A stretch of DNA of 64,000 nucleotides from a bacterium (lineage in GTDB: Bacteria; Patescibacteriota; Saccharimonadia; Saccharimonadales; UBA4665): the NCBI GenBank assembly GCA_021841155.1, contig JAKBVU010000001.1, forward strand, positions 10,112 through 74,111, in the 5' to 3' direction. Under the pieces are notes generated by a model. The model ran no database searches. It saw only the letters and a program-made list of their open reading frames with translations, and had not been told where the DNA came from. Shown here piece by piece: positions 48,928 through 57,970 of the stretch. Position 1 is the stretch's first letter; the number at the start of each line of letters is the position of its first letter. The position numbers and the translations under genes were made by a program.

Positions 48928-49719
48928 ATGACATTAACTAAACAAAAAATCCAAAAACCAACTTACACCAAACCCACCAAACAACATCACCTGAAACATT
49001 ATTGGCCATACTTACCATTAATTGCATTTATCATCATCGGCTATATCGCTTTTAGACAAATCAAGCCAAATCAGTTAGTTGTCTCGCCGTCAAAAATTTC
49101 AACTAGTTCTTTACTTAACAGCCTCAATAAAATTAGAGCCCAAAAAAAATTACCAAAACTGGTTCTAAGTAACAATCTCAATCAATCTGCTCTAAAAGTT
49201 AATGATCAGCTTCAAAATAAACAATTAAAAAACCTTAGCATCAAAAATGCTTCATCGTTAAATTTATCCTACGGACTTAATCAAGTTAATACAATTATTA
49301 ACGCTTGGCAAAAAAATACCCCTACCAGTCAAATCTTTAACCAAAAAACTAACCAAATAGGGATTAATATTCAAAATCTCAATCATCAATATTTAGTCAG
49401 TCTGATTAGTCCAGGATCTAAAACTCAATCAATACATATTGTTTTTTCAGTCAATAATCCAATAGTCAAAAAACCAATTCAAGCTAAAAAAATTTCAATT
49501 ATTTATGAATTGACCAATGGTCTAATTACCAATCAATTATTACTTGTCATTATAGGTCTGATTATTCTTATTTTTATTATTCGGCATTTTATATTTTTGA
49601 AAAAAACCATCATTGAAAGTGAGCAACTACTAATCAGTCATCTTTGGCTTGATTTCATAATAGTTTTAATCATTTTAATAGGTTTTATTTTACTACAAAC
49701 AGCTGGTTATATTTTTTAA
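48928..49719 (+). CDS. Membrane protein with a degenerate CAP/YkwD-like central region
   Basis: 263-aa ORF with one N-terminal and two C-terminal TM helices. The central segment (LLNSLNKIRAQKKLPKLVLSNNLNQSA...IINAWQKN) weakly resembles CAP/SCP domains. Low-confidence domain call. Confidence 0.55.
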   Translation: MTLTKQKIQKPTYTKPTKQHHLKHYWPYLPLIAFIIIGYIAFRQIKPNQLVVSPSKISTSSLLNSLNKIRAQKKLPKLVLSNNLNQSALKVNDQLQNKQLKNLSIKNASSLNLSYGLNQVNTIINAWQKNTPTSQIFNQKTNQIGINIQNLNHQYLVSLISPGSKTQSIHIVFSVNNPIVKKPIQAKKISIIYELTNGLITNQLLLVIIGLIILIFIIRHFIFLKKTIIESEQLLISHLWLDFIIVLIILIGFILLQTAGYIF

Positions 49720-49721
49720 GT

Positions 49722-52700
49722 CTATTGAATTTTAACGTTTTCTTCACCTAATAAATTAATTAAACTAGTAATCGAGTGATCATTTTTAGTAATGCCCTGC
49801 GACAAACGAAAAGCTTGTTTTTGATCTTTTTCGCCTAGCACTAAAATAACCTCTTTATCGCCTTTGTGTTTCTCTAAAATATTTCTTAGATTAACCAATA
49901 GCTGGCTATTTTTTGAATTTAAAACTTTTATATATACCGTCTCATTTTTAACAACTTGAGCAGCAACTTTAACTGATGATTTTTTGGCTTTTAAGATTTT
50001 TGGCTTACCTTTTTTATAATAAGCTTTGGCTTGCTGATAAGTCACCTCTCTGGCATCGTCAACAATTAACTTAACAGTTTTTTGATCAGAATTATCAATC
50101 TCAACCTTACCATTGATCAAAAGAATTTTATCTAATTTCCACAAATCAATCGTTTTAGAATAACTCTGAGGAAAAACTATTATTTCAATACTACCACTAA
50201 AATCATCAATCGTCACAAAGGCCATTTTTTGATTATTTTTTGTTGTAACTTCTTTGAAAGATGAAACAATTCCACCAAGTGTAGTAGTTTGACCTTGATG
50301 TTCAATCGTTAGTTGATCAATAGCAACCGCCTGTTCATTTAATATATCTTTATAAACATCAAGCGGATGTTCACTTAAATAAATACCCAACAATTCTCTT
50401 TCCCAAGCTAAAATTTGTCTTTTATCAACTTCTGTTTTTGAATTAACTAATTCAATATTTGAATAAGTTCGATTACCAGAGTCTGAAGAAGAACCAAATA
50501 AACCAATTTGACTACTATCTTTTTGCTTATGAATTCTTGTGGCAAATCCAATAATTAAATCTAAGTTACTTAATAAAGTGATTCTATCACCCATTGAATC
50601 TAATGCTCCAGCTTTGATTAAACTTTCAATAGTTTTTTTATTAATTATTTTTTGATCAACTCTAGTCAAAAAATCAGTTAAATCTTTATAACGTCCGTTT
50701 TTACGCTCTTCAACGATTTGATCAACAACATGTTGTCCAATATTTTTTATAGCCACTAAGCCAAATCTAATTTGATTATTTAATTTATCAATCGAAAATT
50801 CCGAATAAGATAAATTAATATCTGGAGCTAAAACTTTAATATTCATTCGTTGACATTCGGTAATTTCAATCGATAACCTATCAAGATTATCATAATCGCT
50901 GGTCATCAAAGCAGCCATAAAAGCTAACGGATAATGAGCTTTTAGGTAAGCCGTCTGAAAAGAAATGAAGCCATAGCAAGCTGAATGAGACTTATTGAAA
51001 CAATAATCAGCAAAACCGAGTAATTGATGCCAAAAATCAGTTATTAATTTTTTATCAACACCATTAACAACTGCTCCATCAATAAATCGCTTCTCCATTT
51101 TTTCCATCATATCGCGCTTTTTTTTACCAATAGCTTTCCTTAAGGTATCAGCTTCAGCACCACTAAACCCACAAACATCTCTTGATATCTGCATAAATTG
51201 CTCTTGATAAACTAAAACACCATAGGTACTGCTTAAAGCCGGTTTCATAGAATCAACCAGATAATCAATTTTTTCTTGTCCATTTTTTCTCCGAATAAAA
51301 CTATCCGTCAAGCCAGCACTTAACGGACCAGGACGATATAGAGCACCCATAGCAACAATATCATCAAAAACAGATGGTTTTAATTCTCTCAAATATTTTT
51401 TCATGCCTGAAGATTCAAATTGAAATATTCCAACCGTATCACTATTTTGAAGCAATTGATAAGTTAATTTATCTGTTAAATCAAGATTATTGATATCTAT
51501 ATCTTCATCATAGACTTTTTTAATTATATTAAGAGTGTTTTTAATGATCGTTAAGTTTGATAATCCCAAGAAATCCATTTTTAACAAGCCAAGCTCTTCA
51601 ATTGGTCCCATAGAATACTGAGTGGCCACCACGCCCTTTTGTGCTATTTCTAAGGGTGTATAGTTGTAAATGGCTTCTGGAGCTATAACTACTCCAGCCG
51701 CATGTACGCCATGACTTCGAATCGTATTTTCTAGTTGTATCGCAAGATCAATAACTTTTTTGGAAACTTGATTAGTCTTATATTCTTCTTTCAAGACATC
51801 TTCCTGTTCTAAAGCTGTTAATATTGGTATGTTACGCCCCTGTACAGGTGGTGGTATCATTTTAGCCAGACGATCTGCTTCAGTGTAAGGAACTTGTAAA
51901 ACTCGAGCTACATCACGAATTGCATTTTTAGCAGCCATACGACCAAATGTGACGATATTGGCCACTCTATCTTTGCCATATTTTTTAACACAGTATTCAA
52001 TTACTTCATGCCGACGACTATCTTGAATATCAATATCAACATCAGGCATACTAATTCTTTCCGGATTTAAAAATCTTTCAAACAAAAGATCATATTTTAA
52101 TGGATCTAATTCAGTAATTTTTAAAGCATAGGCAACTATAGAACCAGCAGCACTACCTCTACCCGGTCCGAATACAATACCTTGATCTTTTCCCCAATTA
52201 ATAAAATCAGCTACAATCAAAAAGTAACCATTAAATCCCATTTCATCAATAACTTTTAATTCATATCTAACCCTATCAAGAATTTTTGAATCTAATTGAT
52301 TAATTAATTTTTTAGGATTATTAAGAAATTTTTGTTTGATATCATTCGTTAAGTATCTGTCAACTAATCCAGCATAAACTTTCTGATCAAGATAATCTTT
52401 TTCTGACATAGTTTGATCTTCCAGAAAACGAGGAATTAAAATTTTACCAAGCTCGATATCGACCTGACATCGCTGACTAATTTTTTTACTATTTAATATT
52501 AATTCTGGATAATCATGTCCCCAGCGATCAATAATATCTTGACTAGACATAACGTGCAAATCAAGATCTTTCAAAGACATTCTTCTTTCGTCAGTTAAAT
52601 ATGATCCCGTTTGAACGCATAGTAAGATTTCATGCGCTAACTGATCCTCATGTTTTAAATAATGTGCATCTGAAGTTAAAACCGCTTCAATTTGTAATTC

Positions 52701-53327
52701 TTGAGCAATTATTAATAGAGCCTGATTTACTTCTGTTTGTTCTTTAAATCTAAATGGATGATCAGGATGACCATGATCCTGAATCTCAATATAATACCGA
52801 TCACCAAAAATTTCTTTATACCAACGGGCTATTTCCTTAGCTTGATCAATTTGACCTTGTCGAATGAAATCTCCTAATTCACCTCCGATACAACCACTTA
52901 AACAAATAAGACCATTGGAATTTTCAGCTAACAATTCTTTATCAATCCTGGGTCGATAGTAAAAGCCTTCTAGATTAGCTAAAGTGGATAATTTCATTAA
53001 ATTTCTATATCCCTCATTATTCATAGCTAATAAGGTTAAATGATAATTGACTTTATCTTTTGAAACTTCTTTATCTAGCCTTGATCGACTAGCCATATAT
53101 GTTTCAATTCCAATAATTGGCTTGATATTGTTAGAAATAGCTTCTTTATAAAACTCAATTGTGCCACTCATAGTACCATGATCAGTAATAGCCACCGCTG
53201 TCATGCCGTCATTTTTGACGAATTGAATCAATTGAGGAATCTTCGTTAGACCATCCAACAAACTATACTGAGTATGATTATGTAGGTGAACAAAATCGTT
53301 TTTTTGTAGTGTCTTTATTTTAGCCAT
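49722..53327 (-). CDS. dnaE: DNA polymerase III subunit alpha
   Basis: 1201-aa ORF with a PHP domain (HLHNHTQYSLLDG), a polymerase core and an OB fold. It is leadered: TATAAT at 53352..53347, 19 nt to the ATG, AGGGG SD. Confidence 0.95.
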   Translation of the reverse strand: MAKIKTLQKNDFVHLHNHTQYSLLDGLTKIPQLIQFVKNDGMTAVAITDHGTMSGTIEFYKEAISNNIKPIIGIETYMASRSRLDKEVSKDKVNYHLTLLAMNNEGYRNLMKLSTLANLEGFYYRPRIDKELLAENSNGLICLSGCIGGELGDFIRQGQIDQAKEIARWYKEIFGDRYYIEIQDHGHPDHPFRFKEQTEVNQALLIIAQELQIEAVLTSDAHYLKHEDQLAHEILLCVQTGSYLTDERRMSLKDLDLHVMSSQDIIDRWGHDYPELILNSKKISQRCQVDIELGKILIPRFLEDQTMSEKDYLDQKVYAGLVDRYLTNDIKQKFLNNPKKLINQLDSKILDRVRYELKVIDEMGFNGYFLIVADFINWGKDQGIVFGPGRGSAAGSIVAYALKITELDPLKYDLLFERFLNPERISMPDVDIDIQDSRRHEVIEYCVKKYGKDRVANIVTFGRMAAKNAIRDVARVLQVPYTEADRLAKMIPPPVQGRNIPILTALEQEDVLKEEYKTNQVSKKVIDLAIQLENTIRSHGVHAAGVVIAPEAIYNYTPLEIAQKGVVATQYSMGPIEELGLLKMDFLGLSNLTIIKNTLNIIKKVYDEDIDINNLDLTDKLTYQLLQNSDTVGIFQFESSGMKKYLRELKPSVFDDIVAMGALYRPGPLSAGLTDSFIRRKNGQEKIDYLVDSMKPALSSTYGVLVYQEQFMQISRDVCGFSGAEADTLRKAIGKKKRDMMEKMEKRFIDGAVVNGVDKKLITDFWHQLLGFADYCFNKSHSACYGFISFQTAYLKAHYPLAFMAALMTSDYDNLDRLSIEITECQRMNIKVLAPDINLSYSEFSIDKLNNQIRFGLVAIKNIGQHVVDQIVEERKNGRYKDLTDFLTRVDQKIINKKTIESLIKAGALDSMGDRITLLSNLDLIIGFATRIHKQKDSSQIGLFGSSSDSGNRTYSNIELVNSKTEVDKRQILAWERELLGIYLSEHPLDVYKDILNEQAVAIDQLTIEHQGQTTTLGGIVSSFKEVTTKNNQKMAFVTIDDFSGSIEIIVFPQSYSKTIDLWKLDKILLINGKVEIDNSDQKTVKLIVDDAREVTYQQAKAYYKKGKPKILKAKKSSVKVAAQVVKNETVYIKVLNSKNSQLLVNLRNILEKHKGDKEVILVLGEKDQKQAFRLSQGITKNDHSITSLINLLGEENVKIQ

Positions 53328-53384
53328 GAAACCCCTAATGACTTATATTATATACACAAATAACTAGCTTTTAAACTAGTTTTT

Positions 53385-54278
53385 TTAAATTTTTGATTTA
53401 ATAAATTCTTTAATCTCGTTTGATAAATCTGGACGTAAAAGAGCAAAATCAATCACAGTTTTTATATAACTAACGACATTACCCGTATCATATCTAGTCG
53501 AATCATGAATATTTAAACCATAAACATTAAGACCATCCTTAATCATTGGTTCAATCAAATAACTGGTTACAAAAAACTCTTTATTATTATCAGGATGAAA
53601 GTTAGCAGTTTTTAAATATTTGAAGACATCTGGCGTCAATAAATATCCCACTACGCTAGCTAGGTTTGAAGGTGCATTAGCCCGACCAGGCTTTTCAATA
53701 ATTTGATTAATTTTAGTTACACCTTCACTAATAGTTTGTCCAGCAATAATACCGTATTTATCAAAATCTTCGTCTCTATCAATTTCGACACACGGTAAAA
53801 CACTACATCCAAATTTTTCATATAAGTCAATCATTTGTTTGAAATGATTCTTTTTAGAGACAATCAAATCATCTGCAAAAGTATAAATAAACGGCTCATT
53901 ACCAATTAGATGTGAAGCATTAACAATCGGAGTGGCTGTACCGTAAGGACCCTTTTGACGAACATAAGCAAAATTTGCTAAATTAGCAATTTTGTTTAAC
54001 TCATCAATGTAATGTTTTTTAGAAGGACCAGAAGCTATTAAATTATTAAGTAAATCTTGATTAGGGCTGTCAAAATGATCTTCAATATTACGTTTTGTAT
54101 AACCAGTTACGATTATAATGTCTTGTATACCAGCTTCAACTAAATCTTCAACTATATATTGAATGACAGGTTTATCGATAATTGGTAACATTTCCTTAGG
54201 CATAGCTTTAGTTTGAGGTAAAAATCTGGTACCAAAACCAGCAGCAGCTACAATTGCTTTTGTAATTTTTTGAGACAT
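53385..54278 (-). CDS. galU: UTP--glucose-1-phosphate uridylyltransferase
   Basis: 297-aa ORF with the AAGFGTRFLPQTKAMPKEMLPI N-terminal nucleotidyltransferase signature. Confidence 0.88.
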   Translation of the reverse strand: MSQKITKAIVAAAGFGTRFLPQTKAMPKEMLPIIDKPVIQYIVEDLVEAGIQDIIIVTGYTKRNIEDHFDSPNQDLLNNLIASGPSKKHYIDELNKIANLANFAYVRQKGPYGTATPIVNASHLIGNEPFIYTFADDLIVSKKNHFKQMIDLYEKFGCSVLPCVEIDRDEDFDKYGIIAGQTISEGVTKINQIIEKPGRANAPSNLASVVGYLLTPDVFKYLKTANFHPDNNKEFFVTSYLIEPMIKDGLNVYGLNIHDSTRYDTGNVVSYIKTVIDFALLRPDLSNEIKEFIKSKI

Positions 54279-54279
54279 T

Positions 54280-55776
54280 TTATTGTACTTTCATTTTATT
54301 AACTTCATCCATGATTAACTGTTGAGCAATTTGAGGATTAGCTTGACCTTTAGACAATTTCATAACTTGGCCAACTAAAAATCCTATCACTTTAGTTTCA
54401 CCATGTAAAACATCATTAACAGCTTTATGATTTTCTGCAATAACTTGATTAACAATTTTAATTAAACTGTCTTGATTAGAGTTTTGCAAATAATCCCGAG
54501 CCTTCAAATAATTATCAAGATCATTGACTAAACTTGGCTGACTAAGTAAATCATTAAACAATAAAGCTAACTTGGTTGAATTAATTAGATTTTTATCTTT
54601 ATAAAAATAAACTTTATCGTAGATTTGTTGTCTTTGCTGACCAGTTAAATGAGCATCATTATCTGTGTCTTCAAGATTTTGCAAAAAAGGAATTTCAAAA
54701 TTAATTAACCAATTAGCAAAAATTCTAGCTTTTTTTAGTTGACTAATTGAATTATTAACGATATCTAAAATTCCACCATAATCAGCTTCAGCTTTTAACA
54801 ATAGATTGATTTCGTCATCGGTTAAAGTCAGTGCGTTTAACTTTTTACGCCAATCATCAGCTAAAAGAGGCATAGAACTTTGAATTTCATCTAACCAACT
54901 ATCTTCTAATTTAATTGGTGGTAAGTCTGGATCCGGCATATAACGATAATCATCAGCGTTTTCTTTTACTCGTTGAGTAAAACCTCGTTGTTTATCTTCG
55001 TTCCATCCTCTAGTTTCTTGGATAATTTTACCACCCTTTTCTAAAATACTAATTTGTCTAATTATTTCAGCGTTAATAGCCTTTTCAACAGACTTAAAAC
55101 TATTTAAATTTTTGGTTTCTGTTCTAACACCTAATTGATCAGTTTTAGAAAGACTAACATTACAATCAAATCTCATGTTGCCATAAAATAGGTTTGCTTC
55201 AGATACTCCAGCCAATTTCATAGCTAAATATAATTCAGTCACATATAAGCGAGCTTCTAAAGCCGAAGATAAATCGGGCTCAGAGACAATTTCTAATAAT
55301 GGTACACCTGCACGATTATAGTCTAACAGGCTATAATTCTGCCCAGTGGGATGTAAACTTTTACCAGCATCAGATTCAAGATGAGCACGTGTAATACCAA
55401 TTTTTTTAATCTGACCGTTAACTTTAATATTGATATAACCACCCAAAATAATAGGCTCGTCATACTGAGTAATTTGATAGCCCATTGGTAAATCAGGATA
55501 AAAATAATGTTTACGATCAAATTTAGAAAATAGCTGAGCTCTCGTATGTAAAGCAAAACCAGCTCTAACTGCCAATTCGATAGCACGATGATTAATAACA
55601 GGTAAAGCACCTGGTAGACCTAAATCAATATGATTAATCTGTTGATTAGGTTTTGAGTTTTTAACATTATTTAAACTACCTGAAAATAATTTAGTCAAAG
55701 TGTTTAACTGCACATGACATTCAATACCAATTGTTGGTTTATAACCTTTATAATCAATGTGATGGTTATTTTTCAT
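54280..55776 (-). CDS. gatB: Asp/Glu-tRNA amidotransferase subunit B
   Basis: 498-aa ORF with the GatB core (GIECHVQL...) and a YqeY-like tail. The start overlaps the preceding small ORF by 11 nt. Confidence 0.94.
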   Translation of the reverse strand: MKNNHHIDYKGYKPTIGIECHVQLNTLTKLFSGSLNNVKNSKPNQQINHIDLGLPGALPVINHRAIELAVRAGFALHTRAQLFSKFDRKHYFYPDLPMGYQITQYDEPIILGGYINIKVNGQIKKIGITRAHLESDAGKSLHPTGQNYSLLDYNRAGVPLLEIVSEPDLSSALEARLYVTELYLAMKLAGVSEANLFYGNMRFDCNVSLSKTDQLGVRTETKNLNSFKSVEKAINAEIIRQISILEKGGKIIQETRGWNEDKQRGFTQRVKENADDYRYMPDPDLPPIKLEDSWLDEIQSSMPLLADDWRKKLNALTLTDDEINLLLKAEADYGGILDIVNNSISQLKKARIFANWLINFEIPFLQNLEDTDNDAHLTGQQRQQIYDKVYFYKDKNLINSTKLALLFNDLLSQPSLVNDLDNYLKARDYLQNSNQDSLIKIVNQVIAENHKAVNDVLHGETKVIGFLVGQVMKLSKGQANPQIAQQLIMDEVNKMKVQ

Positions 55777-56212
55777 TTGCAGCCTTGTTGTCTATTTTAA
55801 AAACACCTAAATCAGTAAAAGCTTCCCGATAAGAGTTAATAACATCTAATAATTGTTTTTTATCATTCAAGACGTAACCTTCCTGTTGGATTCTATTAGC
55901 TAATTTATGGCAAGACCAGATTTGATCATTGTTTTTAAATTGTCGTTGAGCCGAAACAATTTTATCAGCTAAATGTTTGCCCTTATAGTGTTTGTATTTT
56001 AAAACATCATCCAATAACTTATCAGCCTCAATAACCAGTTGATTCCACTGTGATTTTTTTTTCGCTAAAATTATTAATCCTTTCCAACGATTGATAAAAA
56101 TTTGATAATTTTCTTCTCTTTTCTTTAACACTGAACGAATAATCTCACTAATCGCTAAAACAATCACCAAACCCGCTACAGCATAAATTATCAAATCAAT
56201 GTTTTTTGTCAT
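55766..56212 (-). CDS. Hypothetical single-pass membrane protein embedded in the gatCAB operon
   Basis: 148-aa ORF with an N-terminal TM helix (LIIYAVAGLVIVLAISEII) and a helical soluble part. Its ATG overlaps the gatA TGA (ATGA), with a TGAGGAA SD inside gatA. Its stop lies inside the gatB start region. Confidence 0.65.
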   Translation of the reverse strand: MTKNIDLIIYAVAGLVIVLAISEIIRSVLKKREENYQIFINRWKGLIILAKKKSQWNQLVIEADKLLDDVLKYKHYKGKHLADKIVSAQRQFKNNDQIWSCHKLANRIQQEGYVLNDKKQLLDVINSYREAFTDLGVFKIDNKAANEK

Positions 56213-57648
56213 TTTAATAATTCCTCAATTTTCGATGAAAAAGCTAATAATTGTTTGTCTGAGGCAATATTGGCCATAACTTGAAAACCAGTTGGTAAAC
56301 CATCAATCATACCAGCTGGCAAACTAATGGCTGGTATACCGACCAAATTAGCTGAAACCGTCATTACATCAGTTAAATACATTTCAACAGGATCAGATTT
56401 TTTTTCACCAATCTTAAACGGTAAGGTTGGTACGGTTGGTCCGACTAAAAAATCATAACTTTTAAATAATTCCGTAAAACTATTAATCAATTTAGTTCTA
56501 ACTTGCTGAGCTTTTTTATAATAAGCATCATAATAACCACTACTTAAGACATAGGTACCAATCATGATACGTCTTTTTGCTTCTTGACCAAATCCTTTAG
56601 AACGAGACATTTCAACTGAAGTTTCAATATTGTCAGCACCAGCTTGATGGTAACCATACCTTAAACCATCATAACGACTTAAATTAGAGCTAATTTCTGC
56701 TGGACAAATAATATAATAAACAGCTAAAGCATACTTAATAAGAGGTATAGAAATATCTTCTACCTGAAAACCAGCTTGTTTTAATAGTTCAACTTTAGCC
56801 AGAAAATTAGTTTTAACTTTTTGGTCAATTCCATCAATCAAATAATCACTAATAACCCCAATTTTAGCTTTTTCAACCATACGCTGACTATTAGAATCAA
56901 TCAAATAGCCTGTTTTATCTCTCTTAATAGTCGTGGAATCAAGTTGATCTTGATCGGCAATAATATCTAAAATTAAAGCATTATCTTGAACATTTTTTGT
57001 TATAGGTCCAATGCAATCCAAGCTAGAAGCCATAGCCACCACTCCACTCCTAGAAACTAAACCATAAGAAGGCTTTAAGCCCACTTGGTTACAGAAACTA
57101 GCTGGTAATCGGATTGAACCACCAGTATCTGTTCCTAAGGCAAAAGGGACTAAGTTTAAAGCAACAGCAGCTGCCGAACCACCCGATGATCCACCTGGAA
57201 CTCGATTTTTATCATATGGATTTTTAGTAGTAAAAAAATCACTATTTTCAGTTGATGAACCATGCGCATAGGCATCTAAATTTGCTTTGCCAACCAATAT
57301 GGCATCTTCACCAATTAACTTATTGACACTTGTTGCTTGATAAGGTGCAATAAATTTTTCTAGCATATGACTAGCAGCAGTTGTTTTTTGACTAAAAGTT
57401 AAGAAATTATCTTTAACCATAAATGGTATACCTGCCAATCGACCAAGTGGTTGCTTGAGTCTAACTTTATCATCAATAATTTTAGCCTGCTTAAGAGCTT
57501 CTTGTTCAAAATCTTCCAACAAAACTTGAAAATCCCTGGTTTGTTGAATTCTTTTAAAAACTTCTTCAACAATCGATATAACCGATATTTGACCAGTTTT
57601 AATCGATTGCACTAAATCTTCAATCGTCGAAAAATCAGTCCACTTCAT
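56209..57648 (-). CDS. gatA: Asp/Glu-tRNA amidotransferase subunit A
   Basis: 479-aa ORF with the amidase signature (GGSSGGSAAAVA, GTDTGGSIRLPA). Confidence 0.95.
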   Translation of the reverse strand: MKWTDFSTIEDLVQSIKTGQISVISIVEEVFKRIQQTRDFQVLLEDFEQEALKQAKIIDDKVRLKQPLGRLAGIPFMVKDNFLTFSQKTTAASHMLEKFIAPYQATSVNKLIGEDAILVGKANLDAYAHGSSTENSDFFTTKNPYDKNRVPGGSSGGSAAAVALNLVPFALGTDTGGSIRLPASFCNQVGLKPSYGLVSRSGVVAMASSLDCIGPITKNVQDNALILDIIADQDQLDSTTIKRDKTGYLIDSNSQRMVEKAKIGVISDYLIDGIDQKVKTNFLAKVELLKQAGFQVEDISIPLIKYALAVYYIICPAEISSNLSRYDGLRYGYHQAGADNIETSVEMSRSKGFGQEAKRRIMIGTYVLSSGYYDAYYKKAQQVRTKLINSFTELFKSYDFLVGPTVPTLPFKIGEKKSDPVEMYLTDVMTVSANLVGIPAISLPAGMIDGLPTGFQVMANIASDKQLLAFSSKIEELLK

Positions 57649-57650
57649 AA

Positions 57651-57950
57651 TTAATTCTCATCAATAATCTTAGGTACAACCAAGTAACCATTGTCAAACT
57701 TAGAGGCATTAAGAAATAAGTCAACTGAGTAATGATAGTCAATCGTCTCATCGGCTCTGGTAACATTTTGAAGACCTGTTACCTGATTAGTTGGTTTCAC
57801 TTCTTCGACTTCAACTTCATCTAACATCGAAACAAAATCTAAAACTTCATTGATGTCTTTTTTAAACATCTCAAGTTCTTCTGATTTTATTATCAGTCTC
57901 GATAATTTTGCCAATTTTAATACATCTTGATCAGTTAGTTGATTCGCCAT
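57651..57950 (-). CDS. gatC: Asp/Glu-tRNA amidotransferase subunit C
   Basis: 99-aa ORF, GatC-like (VLKLAKLSRLIIKSEELEMFKKDINEVLDFVSMLDEV). First gene of the gat cluster. Confidence 0.9.
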   Translation of the reverse strand: MANQLTDQDVLKLAKLSRLIIKSEELEMFKKDINEVLDFVSMLDEVEVEEVKPTNQVTGLQNVTRADETIDYHYSVDLFLNASKFDNGYLVVPKIIDEN

Positions 57951-57957
57951 TTTTAGT

Positions 57958-57966
57958 ATTATATCA
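57958..57966 (-). promoter_or_regulatory. Extended -10 element for gatC (leaderless pattern)
   Basis: Coding strand reads TGaTATAAT, then 7 nt to ATG 57950. No SD. Confidence 0.5.
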
Positions 57967-57970
57967 AATT

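Noticed and set aside
53362-53381. AACTAG-N8-CTAGTT hairpin just after the galU stop as a terminator
   Set aside because: It has only a 6-bp AT-rich stem and an 8-nt loop, and on the coding strand no U-tract follows. At best it is a weak pause or processing site before the dnaE promoter.
55323-55610. 95-aa alternative-frame ORF inside gatB
   Set aside because: It is nested in conserved GatB coding sequence. Its hydrophobic nonsense composition is typical of off-frame AT-rich DNA.
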